Positions 1-9,320 of a DNA stretch of 52,886 nt are shown in pieces. The DNA is from an uncultured Xanthomonas sp. GTDB lineage: Bacteria > Pseudomonadota > Gammaproteobacteria > Xanthomonadales > SZUA-5. A model generated the notes under the pieces. It saw only the letters and a program-made list of their open reading frames with translations. It had not been told where the DNA came from and ran no database searches. The position numbers and the translations under genes are program-made. The first letter of the stretch is position 1; the number at the start of each line of letters is the position of its first letter. The DNA lies in NCBI GenBank assembly GCA_964561825.1, contig CAZLSB010000002.1:1-52886 (forward strand). Direction: 5' to 3'.

Positions 1-87
1 TAGGTGAACTGATCAAAGTCCTGAAAAGTCAAAAGAATCATCGCGTTATGGGTGATGGGAAACGGTCAGCTGAGGTTTCTAGGTTGA
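1..87. repeat. Left copy of an inverted repeat at least 87 bp long; partner at 52143..52229
   Basis: Gapless hand alignment of 1..87 with the reverse complement of 52143..52229 gives 77/87 identical bases. The repeat may continue left of the window. Confidence 0.85.
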
Positions 88-137
88 AGTTGGCATCCCC
101 CAAATAGCGTGCCTCCAAACTAATTGCGCCAGACACT

Positions 138-431
138 GTGGGGACAAAACTGCAGCTCAAACTGGGCAGGTTGATGCCACAAATACCGCTGCCATCCGTG
201 ATCAGAATTTGCCCGGTCGCAGGCCTACGTGACATCGGAGCACTGTCACGTAGCCCTGCGGGCAACGTGACCTACGACTTTCAGCTTTACTGCGCGCGCG
301 CCGGCTTGAACGAGCCCATCCCTGGCGCCACCAAGTCCAAACTGACAGTCACTTCGATGGGCTGGCTGGCCAAAGACGGATCCGGCGTATCGCTGACGAT
401 GGCGACGCTAGTGTTAGCACGATTGACCTGA
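138..431 (+). CDS. Hypothetical ORF, possibly the 3' remnant of a gene
   Basis: 97-aa ORF with a GTG start and no clear Shine-Dalgarno. Only the distal half (about 250..431) shows the G/C-rich third positions seen in the neighbouring genes. It is followed by a strong hairpin at 463..490. I recognised no family. Confidence 0.25.
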   Translation: MGTKLQLKLGRLMPQIPLPSVIRICPVAGLRDIGALSRSPAGNVTYDFQLYCARAGLNEPIPGATKSKLTVTSMGWLAKDGSGVSLTMATLVLARLT

Positions 432-462
432 TGCGGCGCGATGCCGCAAGCACTGACGCAAG

Positions 463-490
463 AAGGCCGGCACCTGGGCCGGCCTTCTGT
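463..490. terminator. Stem-loop between convergent ORFs (11-bp perfect stem, 6-nt loop)
   Basis: AGAAGGCCGGC-acctgg-GCCGGCCTTCT lies between the stop of ORF 138..431 (+) and the stop of prc (-). There is no clear U-tract on either strand. Confidence 0.5.
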
Positions 491-513
491 AGCAAGAATT
501 TACATTGACAAGC

Positions 514-2676
514 TTATGAACCCGGCGGAATCACCAAGGCGTTTTTGTTGGATTTGGGTGCCAATTCGGCGATGCGCGGGTCATCGTGCATCAGGTTCAC
601 CATGTCGGACAACACATGCGCCCCTTCGGTTAACAGCACGTCTGGTTTGTCGTCTTTGGACTTCTCGCTGTCGTCATCGCTGATTGCGCCACGTTCACCT
701 GGATTCAGGCCATCATCTAGTACGGACGCCAGTTTGGGATCGGCCTCACCGCGCGCTTTGGCGCGTTGCGCGATGCGCGCTTCATCGGCCTTGCGTTCCG
801 CGTCACGCCCGGCGTAATTCAGAGAAATGGATTTGCGATCACGCGATTCGCGATACTGTTTGATGTCTTCCTTCAAGAAACCAAACTCGCGATCTTCTTC
901 CACGCGCATTTCGTGGCGGCTGTTCAGCAAAGGTAATAAACGCTCAAAACTGCCGACCGGCGCAAAACTGGCCGCCGCAATTTTGGTCCACGGCAGCGCG
1001 TTATCATAGGTAGATTCGCCGTAATCGGACGACTCCAGGGTTGCCGGGAAAGCCAAATCCGGCAGCACGCCTTTGTGCTGGGTGGAGCCGCCATCCACCC
1101 GGAAAAACTGCGCCATCGTCAATTTGAGCTGGCCCAGCTGCGGCGTGTCCTTATTGGCGATGTAATCCAAATCGACCAATTGTTGGACGGTGCCTTTGCC
1201 AAACGTGGGCTCACCGATGATTAAACCACGACCGTAATCTTGGATTGCTGCGGCAAAAATCTCCGATGCGGATGCCGATGCGCGGTTGACCAACACGGCT
1301 AGAGGGCCGTCATACGCCAGTCCGCGTGCGGTGTCTTCTTCGACCTGCACCCGGCCGCGGCCATCACGGACCTGTACGACCGGACCTTGATCTATGAACA
1401 AACCGGTCAGTTCGGTCGCTTCAGATAAGGATCCGCCGCCGTTGTTGCGCAGATCGATCAGCACGCCGTCGACCCCTTCTTTTTTCAGTTCGCCAAGCAA
1501 TTGACGCACGTCGCGGGTGGAACTGCGGTAATCAGTCTCGCCACGCGAGCGCCCGGCGAAATCCAAATAGAAGGTTGGCAGCTCAATGACGCCCACCTTG
1601 TGCCCTTGGGGACCGCCGGTTTCGATAACCCGTTTGTGCGCTGCCTGCTCTTCCAGTTTCACCTTGTCACGCACAATCTCGACCAGCGTCGGCGTGCCAC
1701 CCATACTCGATTTGGCAGCCAGGACTTCTAGCTTGACCAAGGTGTCTTTCGGGCCACGGATCAAATCGACCACATCTTCCAAGCGCCAACCGATCACATC
1801 GGTCAACTGGCTGTCTTTGGCCTGCCCGACAGCAACGATGCGATCACCTACTTTGACCTTGCCTCCTAATGCGGCAGGACCGCCTTCAACAACCGAACGG
1901 ATGACGACAAATTCACCCTCGCGCTGCAGCACGGCGCCGATGCCTTCGAGCGATAAGCGCATCGAAATAGCGAAGTTTTCGCTAGCCCGCGAACCGAGAT
2001 AATTGGTGTGCGGTTCAATGGACATGGCGTACGCATTCAGGAAAGTTTGAAACACATCCTGGCGATCCAACTGCTCAACCCGCGTCAGATAATCGGCGTA
2101 ACGCTTGTCCAGCGTATCCGCAATCTTGGCATCTTTGCGTTTGGCCAGCTTCAAGCGCAGCCAATCGTTCTTGACGCGTTGCCGCCAATGTTCGTTTAAC
2201 TCGGCCTTTGTGCTCGCCCACGGCGCGTCTTTGCGGTCGTAGGCGTAGTCTTCGTCGACGCCAAAATCGAAGCCCTTGCTGAGCAAGGCGCGCGCATATT
2301 CAGTGCGTTCACGCAGACGCTGCAAATACACCTTGTACATCTCGTACACGGCATCCAATTTGCGACGCTCAATGGCGTTATCCAACTCGGTGGCGTAGCG
2401 CTGCTCGAAGCCCGCGATATCGCTCTTCAGGAAAAACACCTTTTCGCCATCCAGTGCGTCCATGTAGCGCTTGAGGATCTCGCGCGACATCGCGTCGTCC
2501 AGCGGCTTGCTCGCATAATGTAGGCGAGTCAGATACTTAGACACCCAGTCAGCGGCCTCGCCTTGTTCGGGCGTCGGGGTCAAATCAGCCAAGCTGATGG
2601 TTTTCGGCTTCGCAAAAGCTGGCGCTACCACCGCCAACCCGAGTGCCACCAGCAATGCGCTTTTCAACAAGGTCAT
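514..2676 (-). CDS. prc: Tail-specific (C-terminal processing) protease, S41 family
   Basis: 720 aa. Signal peptide MTLLKSALLVALGLAVVAPAFA. The S41 catalytic region has the serine context NRASASASEIFA and the lysine context TFGKGTVQ. Size and layout match Prc/Tsp. Confidence 0.9.
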   Translation of the reverse strand: MTLLKSALLVALGLAVVAPAFAKPKTISLADLTPTPEQGEAADWVSKYLTRLHYASKPLDDAMSREILKRYMDALDGEKVFFLKSDIAGFEQRYATELDNAIERRKLDAVYEMYKVYLQRLRERTEYARALLSKGFDFGVDEDYAYDRKDAPWASTKAELNEHWRQRVKNDWLRLKLAKRKDAKIADTLDKRYADYLTRVEQLDRQDVFQTFLNAYAMSIEPHTNYLGSRASENFAISMRLSLEGIGAVLQREGEFVVIRSVVEGGPAALGGKVKVGDRIVAVGQAKDSQLTDVIGWRLEDVVDLIRGPKDTLVKLEVLAAKSSMGGTPTLVEIVRDKVKLEEQAAHKRVIETGGPQGHKVGVIELPTFYLDFAGRSRGETDYRSSTRDVRQLLGELKKEGVDGVLIDLRNNGGGSLSEATELTGLFIDQGPVVQVRDGRGRVQVEEDTARGLAYDGPLAVLVNRASASASEIFAAAIQDYGRGLIIGEPTFGKGTVQQLVDLDYIANKDTPQLGQLKLTMAQFFRVDGGSTQHKGVLPDLAFPATLESSDYGESTYDNALPWTKIAAASFAPVGSFERLLPLLNSRHEMRVEEDREFGFLKEDIKQYRESRDRKSISLNYAGRDAERKADEARIAQRAKARGEADPKLASVLDDGLNPGERGAISDDDSEKSKDDKPDVLLTEGAHVLSDMVNLMHDDPRIAELAPKSNKNALVIPPGS

Positions 2677-2757
2677 CGTACGTCTCCGCTTAATACCGCC
2701 AAGAGTGCACCCACTACAAACCTAGAACAAGTGACTAAAGCCGCGCTGTTCATGCGC

Positions 2758-3741
2758 TTAACGCGTTACGCCCGCTTCATGCGCCTGCCGGTCAGCATGG
2801 TACGAAGAGCGCACCAACGGGCCGGAGGCGACGTGACTAAATCCCAATTCATCGCCAAAAATACGTAACTCATCGAATTCTTCCGGCGTCCAATAACGAA
2901 TCACCGGGTGATGGTGGGCGGAAGGCTGCAAATACTGCCCGATGGTGACCATGTTCACGTCGTGAGCGCGTAAATCGCGCAAGGCTTGATGGACTTGGCT
3001 TAAGGATTCGCCCAGCCCAAGCATGATGCCGGACTTGGTGGGCACGCCTGGATGCTGTGCTCTGAAGCGCTGCAGCAAGGTCAAAGACCAGTCGTAATCG
3101 GCACCCGGACGCACTTCCAAATAACGCTCACGGACGGTTTCCAAATTGTGGTTGAAGACATCCGGCGGCCCTTCTGCAAATGCTGCCAACGCACGCTCCA
3201 TCCGACCCTTCCCACGAAAGTCGGGGGTCAGTATCTCGACCACGATAGAGGGGCTGAGTTCCCGCGTCTGTCGTATGCAATCGACAAAGTGCTGGGCTCC
3301 GCCATCGCGCAAATCGTCGCGATCCACCGATGTGATCACCACATAACGCAGCGCCATATCGCGAATGGTGCGCGCCAAATTGGCCGGTTCGTTCTGATCT
3401 GGCGGTTTGGGCCGACCGTGGCCGATGTCGCAAAACGCGCAACGGCGCGTGCACACATCGCCCAGAATCATGAAGGTCGCCGTGCCCTTGCTAAAACACT
3501 CGTGAATGTTGGGACAAGAGGCTTCCTCACACACGGTGACCAGCGAATTGGCACGCAGGGTCGCCTTCAAGCGTTCCACCGCATTGCCGGCCGGCAAGCG
3601 CACGCGAATCCAGCTCGGCTTGCGCAACAGCGGCCGATCAGCATCAAAGGTGACTGGGTTGCGGGCGATCTTGCTCTCGCCGAGTTGCTTTTCGCCGACC
3701 AACAAGGTCGGAATGATCCTATCGCTTAACAATTGGGACAT
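2758..3741 (-). CDS. lipA: Lipoyl synthase
   Basis: Contains [13 protein letters not shown] and the radical-SAM motif [11 protein letters not shown] at 3741 (MSQLLSDR...) is preferred over the TTG at 3843 used by the ORF track because it gives the usual LipA length. Confidence 0.93.
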   Translation of the reverse strand: MSQLLSDRIIPTLLVGEKQLGESKIARNPVTFDADRPLLRKPSWIRVRLPAGNAVERLKATLRANSLVTVCEEASCPNIHECFSKGTATFMILGDVCTRRCAFCDIGHGRPKPPDQNEPANLARTIRDMALRYVVITSVDRDDLRDGGAQHFVDCIRQTRELSPSIVVEILTPDFRGKGRMERALAAFAEGPPDVFNHNLETVRERYLEVRPGADYDWSLTLLQRFRAQHPGVPTKSGIMLGLGESLSQVHQALRDLRAHDVNMVTIGQYLQPSAHHHPVIRYWTPEEFDELRIFGDELGFSHVASGPLVRSSYHADRQAHEAGVTR

Positions 3742-3916
3742 TGTGTGCTCGAATCTAAAAGAACGGCGCCGAATAAGATCGTACACTGCGCGCCCCTGCA
3801 CGCGCTGCGCAACGATCGTTAAGGTGCGGCAGATTAGGGGCAATTCAAGTAAAGCTTTTCGAAACCGCGCGGGTTAACTGCTCAGTTATCCGGTGCTCGG
3901 GGCCCAGTCAGGTGGC

Positions 3917-4561
3917 CTAGTCGTCTCGGCATCGTTTCGGCGCGAATGGCTGCATACCAAAGACCCGTGCAAACTGCGCCAAATAGCGCTGGGCGAGTGC
4001 ATGGAGCGGTGGACAATGGCCAAAGTCGGCGATCTGAGTGACTTGCAATCCACGATAGCCGCAGGGATTGATGCGCCCGAAGGGTTCTAGATCCATGTCG
4101 GCGTTCAGCGCAATGCCGTGAAAAGTGCAGCCACGACGCACGCGAATGCCGATCGCCATGATCTTGCGCTCGGCCACATAGAGCCCTGGCGCGCCGCTGC
4201 GACGTTGGGCTTCGATGTCTAATTCCGCCAGAAGATCAATGCCGACTTGCTCTAGTTTATTGACCAATTCGCGCACGCCCAGGCCCAGTCGGCGCAAATC
4301 AAGCAAGGGATACGCGATCAGCTGTCCGGGTCCGTGGTAGGTCACTTGCCCACCGCGGTCCACCTGCAACACCGGAATATCACCTGGCGCCAACACATGC
4401 TCGGGTTTGCCAGCTTGCCCCAGAGTGAAAACCGCAGCGTGCTCCAACAGCCAGATTTGGTCGGCCGTTTGTTCATCGCGCTGATCCGTTAGCGCTTGCA
4501 TCGCGCGCCAAATGGGCTCGTAAGGTTGGCGGGCGAGCCACTGGGAGGTCAGGCTAGCCAT
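3917..4561 (-). CDS. lipB: Octanoyl/lipoyl transferase
   Basis: 214 aa with [14 protein letters not shown] and [23 protein letters not shown]. It lies directly upstream of lipA on the same strand. Confidence 0.92.
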   Translation of the reverse strand: MASLTSQWLARQPYEPIWRAMQALTDQRDEQTADQIWLLEHAAVFTLGQAGKPEHVLAPGDIPVLQVDRGGQVTYHGPGQLIAYPLLDLRRLGLGVRELVNKLEQVGIDLLAELDIEAQRRSGAPGLYVAERKIMAIGIRVRRGCTFHGIALNADMDLEPFGRINPCGYRGLQVTQIADFGHCPPLHALAQRYLAQFARVFGMQPFAPKRCRDD

Positions 4562-4619
4562 GCTAACAATCTCAGTTAACCGCTCTCATCACGCATAGGC
4601 ACTGCGCCTGATGTTTGGT

Positions 4620-6689
4620 TTACTCATCAGCACTTACAACAGCGCCCGGTTTGGCATAACGCTCGATCCACTCATTGACTTGCTGATACCAGAAGATGGA
4701 ATTCTGCGGTTTCAATATCCAATGATTTTCGTTGGGGTAATAAATGAATTTGCTCGGCACATTGCGACGTTTCAGCATTTGGTAAAGCTCAATGCCATGA
4801 TTGACCGGCACACGGAAATCCATTTGACCATGGATGACTAAAGTGGGGGTTTTGAAATTGCCGGCGCCAAAATGGGGCGAAGCGTTTTGGAATAGACTCG
4901 GATCTTCCCAGTAATCAGGAAAGCGCGGTTGCGCGAAACCAAAATCACTGCCAATCTGCGTGTACCAGTTGTACACGGCGGCGTGCGCGATCAGGGCTTT
5001 GAACGGGTGTTCACGGCCTAACAAGGTGGCTGCCAAATAACCGCCATAACTGCCGCCGCCGGCGACCATGCGCTGCGGGTCGGCCCAGGTTTGTGCTGCC
5101 AGCCAGTTTGCTGCTTTAATTGTATCTTCGTACGGCAGTACATCTTGGCGGGGATTGATCGAATCCGTGAACGCTTGGCCGAAACCCGAAGAACCGTGGA
5201 AATTATGCCACGCGACTACATAACCGCGTGCCGCAAAGAGCTGCGCATTCCAGCGCCATTGAAAACCGTTGGTAATCGCGTTATGCGGGCCACCGTGTAA
5301 CAATAAAAACACTGGATAGGGTTTGGTTGGGTCAAAATCCGCCGGGTAATTGACCCACATTTGCACCGGGTCGCCTCTCGCGCCGGCGTAGCTCACGCTT
5401 TCGTATTTGCCTAGGCGAAGTTTGGCTAACGCGTCGCGATTCAACGACGACAACTCGCGTGTTTGCCCGTTCTTGACATCAATGCGCACCAAAGTGGGTG
5501 GCTCGAGGAAGCTCTCTCGCAAGCCAACCAAAACCGGTTTACCGCCACGCGCCAGCGCGATCGAGCCCACACTCGCGCCATCGGTGATCGCCCGTGGTTT
5601 ACCGCGCAGCGGTAACTGGTAAACCCGCACGCGGGCCGCATCGTCCACGGCTGCGTACAGTCCCTCACTATCGGCTTGCCACTGCAGACCATCTGCGGAG
5701 CGATCCCATGCTGGATGCGGCGCGCGCAAAGCCAATTTGCCCTTAGCATCAATGATCATCAAGCGCCGCGTATCACCATAAAAACCTTCGATCGTCTGGC
5801 GCGTGAACGCCAGTAATTTGCCGTTCGGACTAAATAGCGGGCTATTGTCAGATGCCGCATTATCGGCGGTCAGGTTGCGCGCCGTTTTGCCTTCGAGTAA
5901 ATAAACATCCAGATTAATGCGGTTATCCCGCGCATCACTATCGGCGACGAAGGCCAATTGGCCATTGACCGGATTAATATCGAACGATGTGCTATCGGCC
6001 AGACTACGCGGTAATTCCAAGCCGCTGGTGAGGGTCAGCGCTACCGCCTCGCCGCCATTGATGTCAACGCTAAACACATGCGCCTGGCGTTCATCAATCC
6101 ACTGATCCCAATAGGTAACCGGTGTTGCGTCCCACACGCGCGCGGTCATTTTTGACTCGCTGCGCTGTTTGAGTTTTTCACCCATTGCGTCGAAGTCGAG
6201 CTCTGGCCAAACGCGACTGATAAAGGCGAGCTGCCGCGAATCGCCATACCATTTTGGCGTGCCAACGCCGGTCGGTAAGTTTGTTAAGCGCCGTGCTTCG
6301 CCGCTGGCGGTCAGCGGTAGCAAGTACAACTGCGGCGCCTTGTCGTCGTCGCGCTGGGCAATGAACGCCAGCCAACGACCATCGGGGCTGATCACCGGAT
6401 TGCTTTCGTTGGACGCATGGCTAGTCAGGACCCGCTGTTCGCTGCCATCGGTAGCAAAGCGCCAAAGATCGGTGTAAGCCTTGTCCTCAGCAACATCAAA
6501 GCGGGTGACCGCGGCCACTGCAAAACTGCCGTCCGGCGTGACAGCCGGTGACGCGATGCGCTGTAAAGCCCACATCGATTCGGCGGTCAGCGTGCTGTCC
6601 GCGGTGGAGGCCGCGGTGGAGGCTGCGGTGGAGGCCGCGGTGGAGGCCGCGGTGGACATACAAAGGCACAACAAGATGGTGCGCAGCAC
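4620..6689 (-). CDS. Secreted S9 family serine peptidase (beta-propeller plus prolyl oligopeptidase/acylaminoacyl-peptidase type alpha/beta hydrolase)
   Basis: 689 aa. Repeated SPDG/SPNG propeller motifs (ISPDGRWLAF, FSPNGKLLAF). Nucleophile elbow GGSYGGY, and a C-terminal HG..D..V segment. The N-terminal signal region contains an (STAA)n repeat. Confidence 0.85.
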   Translation of the reverse strand: MLRTILLCLCMSTAASTAASTAASTAASTADSTLTAESMWALQRIASPAVTPDGSFAVAAVTRFDVAEDKAYTDLWRFATDGSEQRVLTSHASNESNPVISPDGRWLAFIAQRDDDKAPQLYLLPLTASGEARRLTNLPTGVGTPKWYGDSRQLAFISRVWPELDFDAMGEKLKQRSESKMTARVWDATPVTYWDQWIDERQAHVFSVDINGGEAVALTLTSGLELPRSLADSTSFDINPVNGQLAFVADSDARDNRINLDVYLLEGKTARNLTADNAASDNSPLFSPNGKLLAFTRQTIEGFYGDTRRLMIIDAKGKLALRAPHPAWDRSADGLQWQADSEGLYAAVDDAARVRVYQLPLRGKPRAITDGASVGSIALARGGKPVLVGLRESFLEPPTLVRIDVKNGQTRELSSLNRDALAKLRLGKYESVSYAGARGDPVQMWVNYPADFDPTKPYPVFLLLHGGPHNAITNGFQWRWNAQLFAARGYVVAWHNFHGSSGFGQAFTDSINPRQDVLPYEDTIKAANWLAAQTWADPQRMVAGGGSYGGYLAATLLGREHPFKALIAHAAVYNWYTQIGSDFGFAQPRFPDYWEDPSLFQNASPHFGAGNFKTPTLVIHGQMDFRVPVNHGIELYQMLKRRNVPSKFIYYPNENHWILKPQNSIFWYQQVNEWIERYAKPGAVVSADE
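6600..6656. repeat. Tandem 12-bp repeat (about 4.7 units) inside the signal-peptide region of the S9 peptidase
   Basis: GCGGTGGAGGCC/T is repeated head to tail. On the coding (-) strand this translates as STAASTAASTAASTAASTA. Confidence 0.9.
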
Positions 6690-6768
6690 GGCGGTTTTTC
6701 CTTTTGGATGGTCTGCGGGAATCTAGCAGGCGCAAGGCACGCTTGCTGAACCGGTAAGCAGCCTGACG

Positions 6769-8538
6769 CTATCGCGGGCGCTTGCCCTTCGCGTTTTCAA
6801 TCCACCCACGCACGTGCTCACTCAGTACGGGCAACGGAACTGATCCCAAACCAAGCACCTGATCGTGGAAATCACGGATATCGAATTGCGCACCGAGTGC
6901 GGTTTCTGCCTCGTGGCGCAATTGACGAATGCGGATCATGCCAATCATGTAACTCAGCGCTTGAGCGGGCCAGGAAATGTATCGATCAACTTCGGTATTG
7001 ATCTCATGCTCGCTAAGCGCAGTATTGGCGAGCATGTAATTCACGGCTTGTAGTCGCGTCCAGTCTTTGCTGTGTATACCGGTATCGACCACTAAGCGAC
7101 AGGCGCGCCACATGGCATAGGTGAGTTGCCCGAAACGCTCATACGGCGTGCGGTAAATGCCCATTTCCAAGCCGAGTTCCTCGGCATAGAGCGCCCAGCC
7201 TTCGCCATACGCGGAGATATAACTGTAACGCCGAAAGGCCGGTTGCTCGCCTTGCTCAGATGCCAGCGCGCCCTGTAGATGGTGGCCGGGTACCGCTTCA
7301 TGCAAAGTGAGCGCGGGTAGGGTGTAGAGCGGACGGCTGGGCAAATCGTGGGTATTCACCCAATACCAACCCGGCTCTAGTGTGCCCTGTCCAGGTGGCA
7401 CATAGCGGCCGGCGGTGTAATAAGGGGCAATCGCATCGGGCACCGCTTGCACGCCGTAGGGCAAACGGGGCAACCGACCAAAAAAGCGTGGCAATTGCCC
7501 ATCTGCGCGTTTGGCCACCCAGGATGCCGCGGCCAAAAGTTCATCTGGCGTCCGTGCGTAAAACTGCGGATCGCTGCGCAGGAATTGCAAAAACGCCGGG
7601 AAATCGCCAGCGAATTTCAGCTCGACGATGATCAAATCCATCGCCGCGCGGATGCGTGCTACCTCCGCCAAACCGATTTGGTGAATCTCTTCGGGGCGCA
7701 GTTCCTCGCTGACGTAATCCAGGATTTGCCGCTGATACCACGCTTTGCCGTTTGGCAAACGATAGGCCGCCAGACTGTCACGCGCAGCAGGGATATACCG
7801 TTGGCGCATAAAACGCAGCAGTTTGGCGTGCGCTGGAATCACCGCTGCGCGTATGGCGGCTCGGGCTAGGGTCTGAAATTCACTGGCCTGCTCAGCACTA
7901 ATCGACGCCGGCAAGGTGCGCAGCGGCTGATAAAATCCGCTACGCTCGGGATCGGTTAATTCGGCGACTGCAGAAAGTGGCCCATCGCGACCTTCCAGCA
8001 CCACGCGCGGCAAGGTGCGGCCACTCTTTAAACCCGCGCGCAATAATTCGATATGTTGGTCAAAGTAATCTGGCACCGCGCGTAAACGGGCCAAGTAATT
8101 GCGTACATCAGTGGCGTTCCTAAACGGATGGTTACGTGGCAACATCGCCAAATCTGAATAGAAACTGGAATCTGAATTAAGCGGCATTTCAGTGCTGCCC
8201 AATTCGATATTGGCGATGAAACTGTCGATTTGTGCGCGGTAGATGCGCAGGTCGATGCTTTCTGCCGCAGTCAGCTGCGCTGCGTCCAACTCGTCCAATT
8301 GAGCAAGCACAGCACGCCAATATTCGGCCCGCCGTGCTTGGACTGCAGGACTGACATCGCCGAGCTGGTCATCGTAGTTGTGCACCCCAATGCTGGTGGC
8401 AAACAGCGGCTGCTGTTGCAAACGCCATTGCCACTCGGCGCGCCAGATGTCGGAGAAGCGCGTGGCCGTAGCGGCCAAAGCTAAGCTGGAGTACAGCAAA
8501 CAGCAGGCGGCGACTAAGCAAGTGCGGATCAGAATCAT
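6769..8538 (-). CDS. DUF885 family secreted protein (metallopeptidase-like)
   Basis: HEAVPGHHLQ motif typical of DUF885. ATG at 8538 gives the signal peptide MILIRTCLVAACCLLYSSLALA; the longer track ORF (to 8682) adds a non-signal leader. Confidence 0.75.
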   Translation of the reverse strand: MILIRTCLVAACCLLYSSLALAATATRFSDIWRAEWQWRLQQQPLFATSIGVHNYDDQLGDVSPAVQARRAEYWRAVLAQLDELDAAQLTAAESIDLRIYRAQIDSFIANIELGSTEMPLNSDSSFYSDLAMLPRNHPFRNATDVRNYLARLRAVPDYFDQHIELLRAGLKSGRTLPRVVLEGRDGPLSAVAELTDPERSGFYQPLRTLPASISAEQASEFQTLARAAIRAAVIPAHAKLLRFMRQRYIPAARDSLAAYRLPNGKAWYQRQILDYVSEELRPEEIHQIGLAEVARIRAAMDLIIVELKFAGDFPAFLQFLRSDPQFYARTPDELLAAASWVAKRADGQLPRFFGRLPRLPYGVQAVPDAIAPYYTAGRYVPPGQGTLEPGWYWVNTHDLPSRPLYTLPALTLHEAVPGHHLQGALASEQGEQPAFRRYSYISAYGEGWALYAEELGLEMGIYRTPYERFGQLTYAMWRACRLVVDTGIHSKDWTRLQAVNYMLANTALSEHEINTEVDRYISWPAQALSYMIGMIRIRQLRHEAETALGAQFDIRDFHDQVLGLGSVPLPVLSEHVRGWIENAKGKRPR

Positions 8539-8593
8539 CGTGTTACCTCGCGCGCGAGCGCGCCACAAATTGCGATTTGCTGCCGGCCATCCA

Positions 8594-9079
8594 TCAGTGG
8601 TGGTGACCACCATCGCCATGTACATGACCGTGCGCCAATTCCTCTGTGGTCGCGTCGCGAATCTCGACAATCTCAATGTCAAAATTAAGGTCTAGCCCGG
8701 CCATTGCGTGGTTGAGGTCCACATCAACTACGGTCATCCCGACTTTGAGCACCGTCACTGGCCGCGGGCCCTGCTGGGTTTGCAGCATCACGGTGATGCC
8801 CGGCTGCAGCGCCACTTGGGCGGGGAAATACTTCTTGGGTACGCGCTGAGTCAGCGCCTCATTGCGCTCGCCGTAGGCTTGCGCGGCAGGCACGATCACC
8901 TGAAAACGTTCGCCAACTTGGCGTCCAATCAACGCCTGCTCCAAGCCCGGAATGATATTGCCGGCACCGATCAACGCCGCGATCGGCTCACTGCTGCCAT
9001 GCGAAGACTCCATCGGCGCTTGCCCGACCTGCGCCACACTGTAGTGGAAACGAATAACTTGCGGTGCAGCGTCGCTCAT
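8594..9079 (-). CDS. slyD: FKBP-type peptidyl-prolyl cis-trans isomerase, SlyD-like
   Basis: FKBP core (GAGNIIPGLEQALIGRQVGERFQV), an insert-in-flap region and a His-rich metal-binding tail HGHVHGDGGHHH. Start taken at ATG 9079 (MSDAAPQVIRFHY). Confidence 0.85.
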   Translation of the reverse strand: MSDAAPQVIRFHYSVAQVGQAPMESSHGSSEPIAALIGAGNIIPGLEQALIGRQVGERFQVIVPAAQAYGERNEALTQRVPKKYFPAQVALQPGITVMLQTQQGPRPVTVLKVGMTVVDVDLNHAMAGLDLNFDIEIVEIRDATTEELAHGHVHGDGGHHH

Positions 9080-9174
9080 AAGTGCTCCAGACTGGCCAAA
9101 ACAAAAGGGGACGTACACTAGCTGGAAAGCAGCCGAATTGGGCGATTTGAGTGGGTGCAGGGCCAATAGGGGAA

Positions 9175-9258
9175 AAGCGGCAGCGCACAGCGCCGACCCA
9201 CAACAGCCAGAGCTCGGGCTTTCGGTGGGTTCGATCTGTGATCGAACGCTTCTCCCTC
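9175..9258 (-). repeat. Dispersed intergenic repeat, family R1 (copy 1)
   Basis: The reverse complement contains GAGAAGCGTTCGATCACAGATCGAACCCACC and CGGCGCTGTGCGCTG. The same blocks occur at 23298..23417 on the + strand. Confidence 0.8.
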
Positions 9259-9320
9259 ACGAATCTATCGGTAAAGCGCTAAACTGAGGCTTCAAAGAAT
9301 ATGCCACTCCCACCAAACGC

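Noticed and set aside
3742-3843. A 34-codon N-terminal extension of lipA in the ORF track (TTG start at 3843).
   Set aside because: The extension has no LipA homology. The internal ATG at 3741 gives the canonical length and N-terminus.
6600-6656. Regularly spaced short repeats that might be mistaken for a CRISPR array (also 23477..23507 and 41541..41561).
   Set aside because: The units are contiguous with no spacers and are 7-12 bp long. One lies inside a coding region, and no cas genes are present. They are simple tandem repeats.
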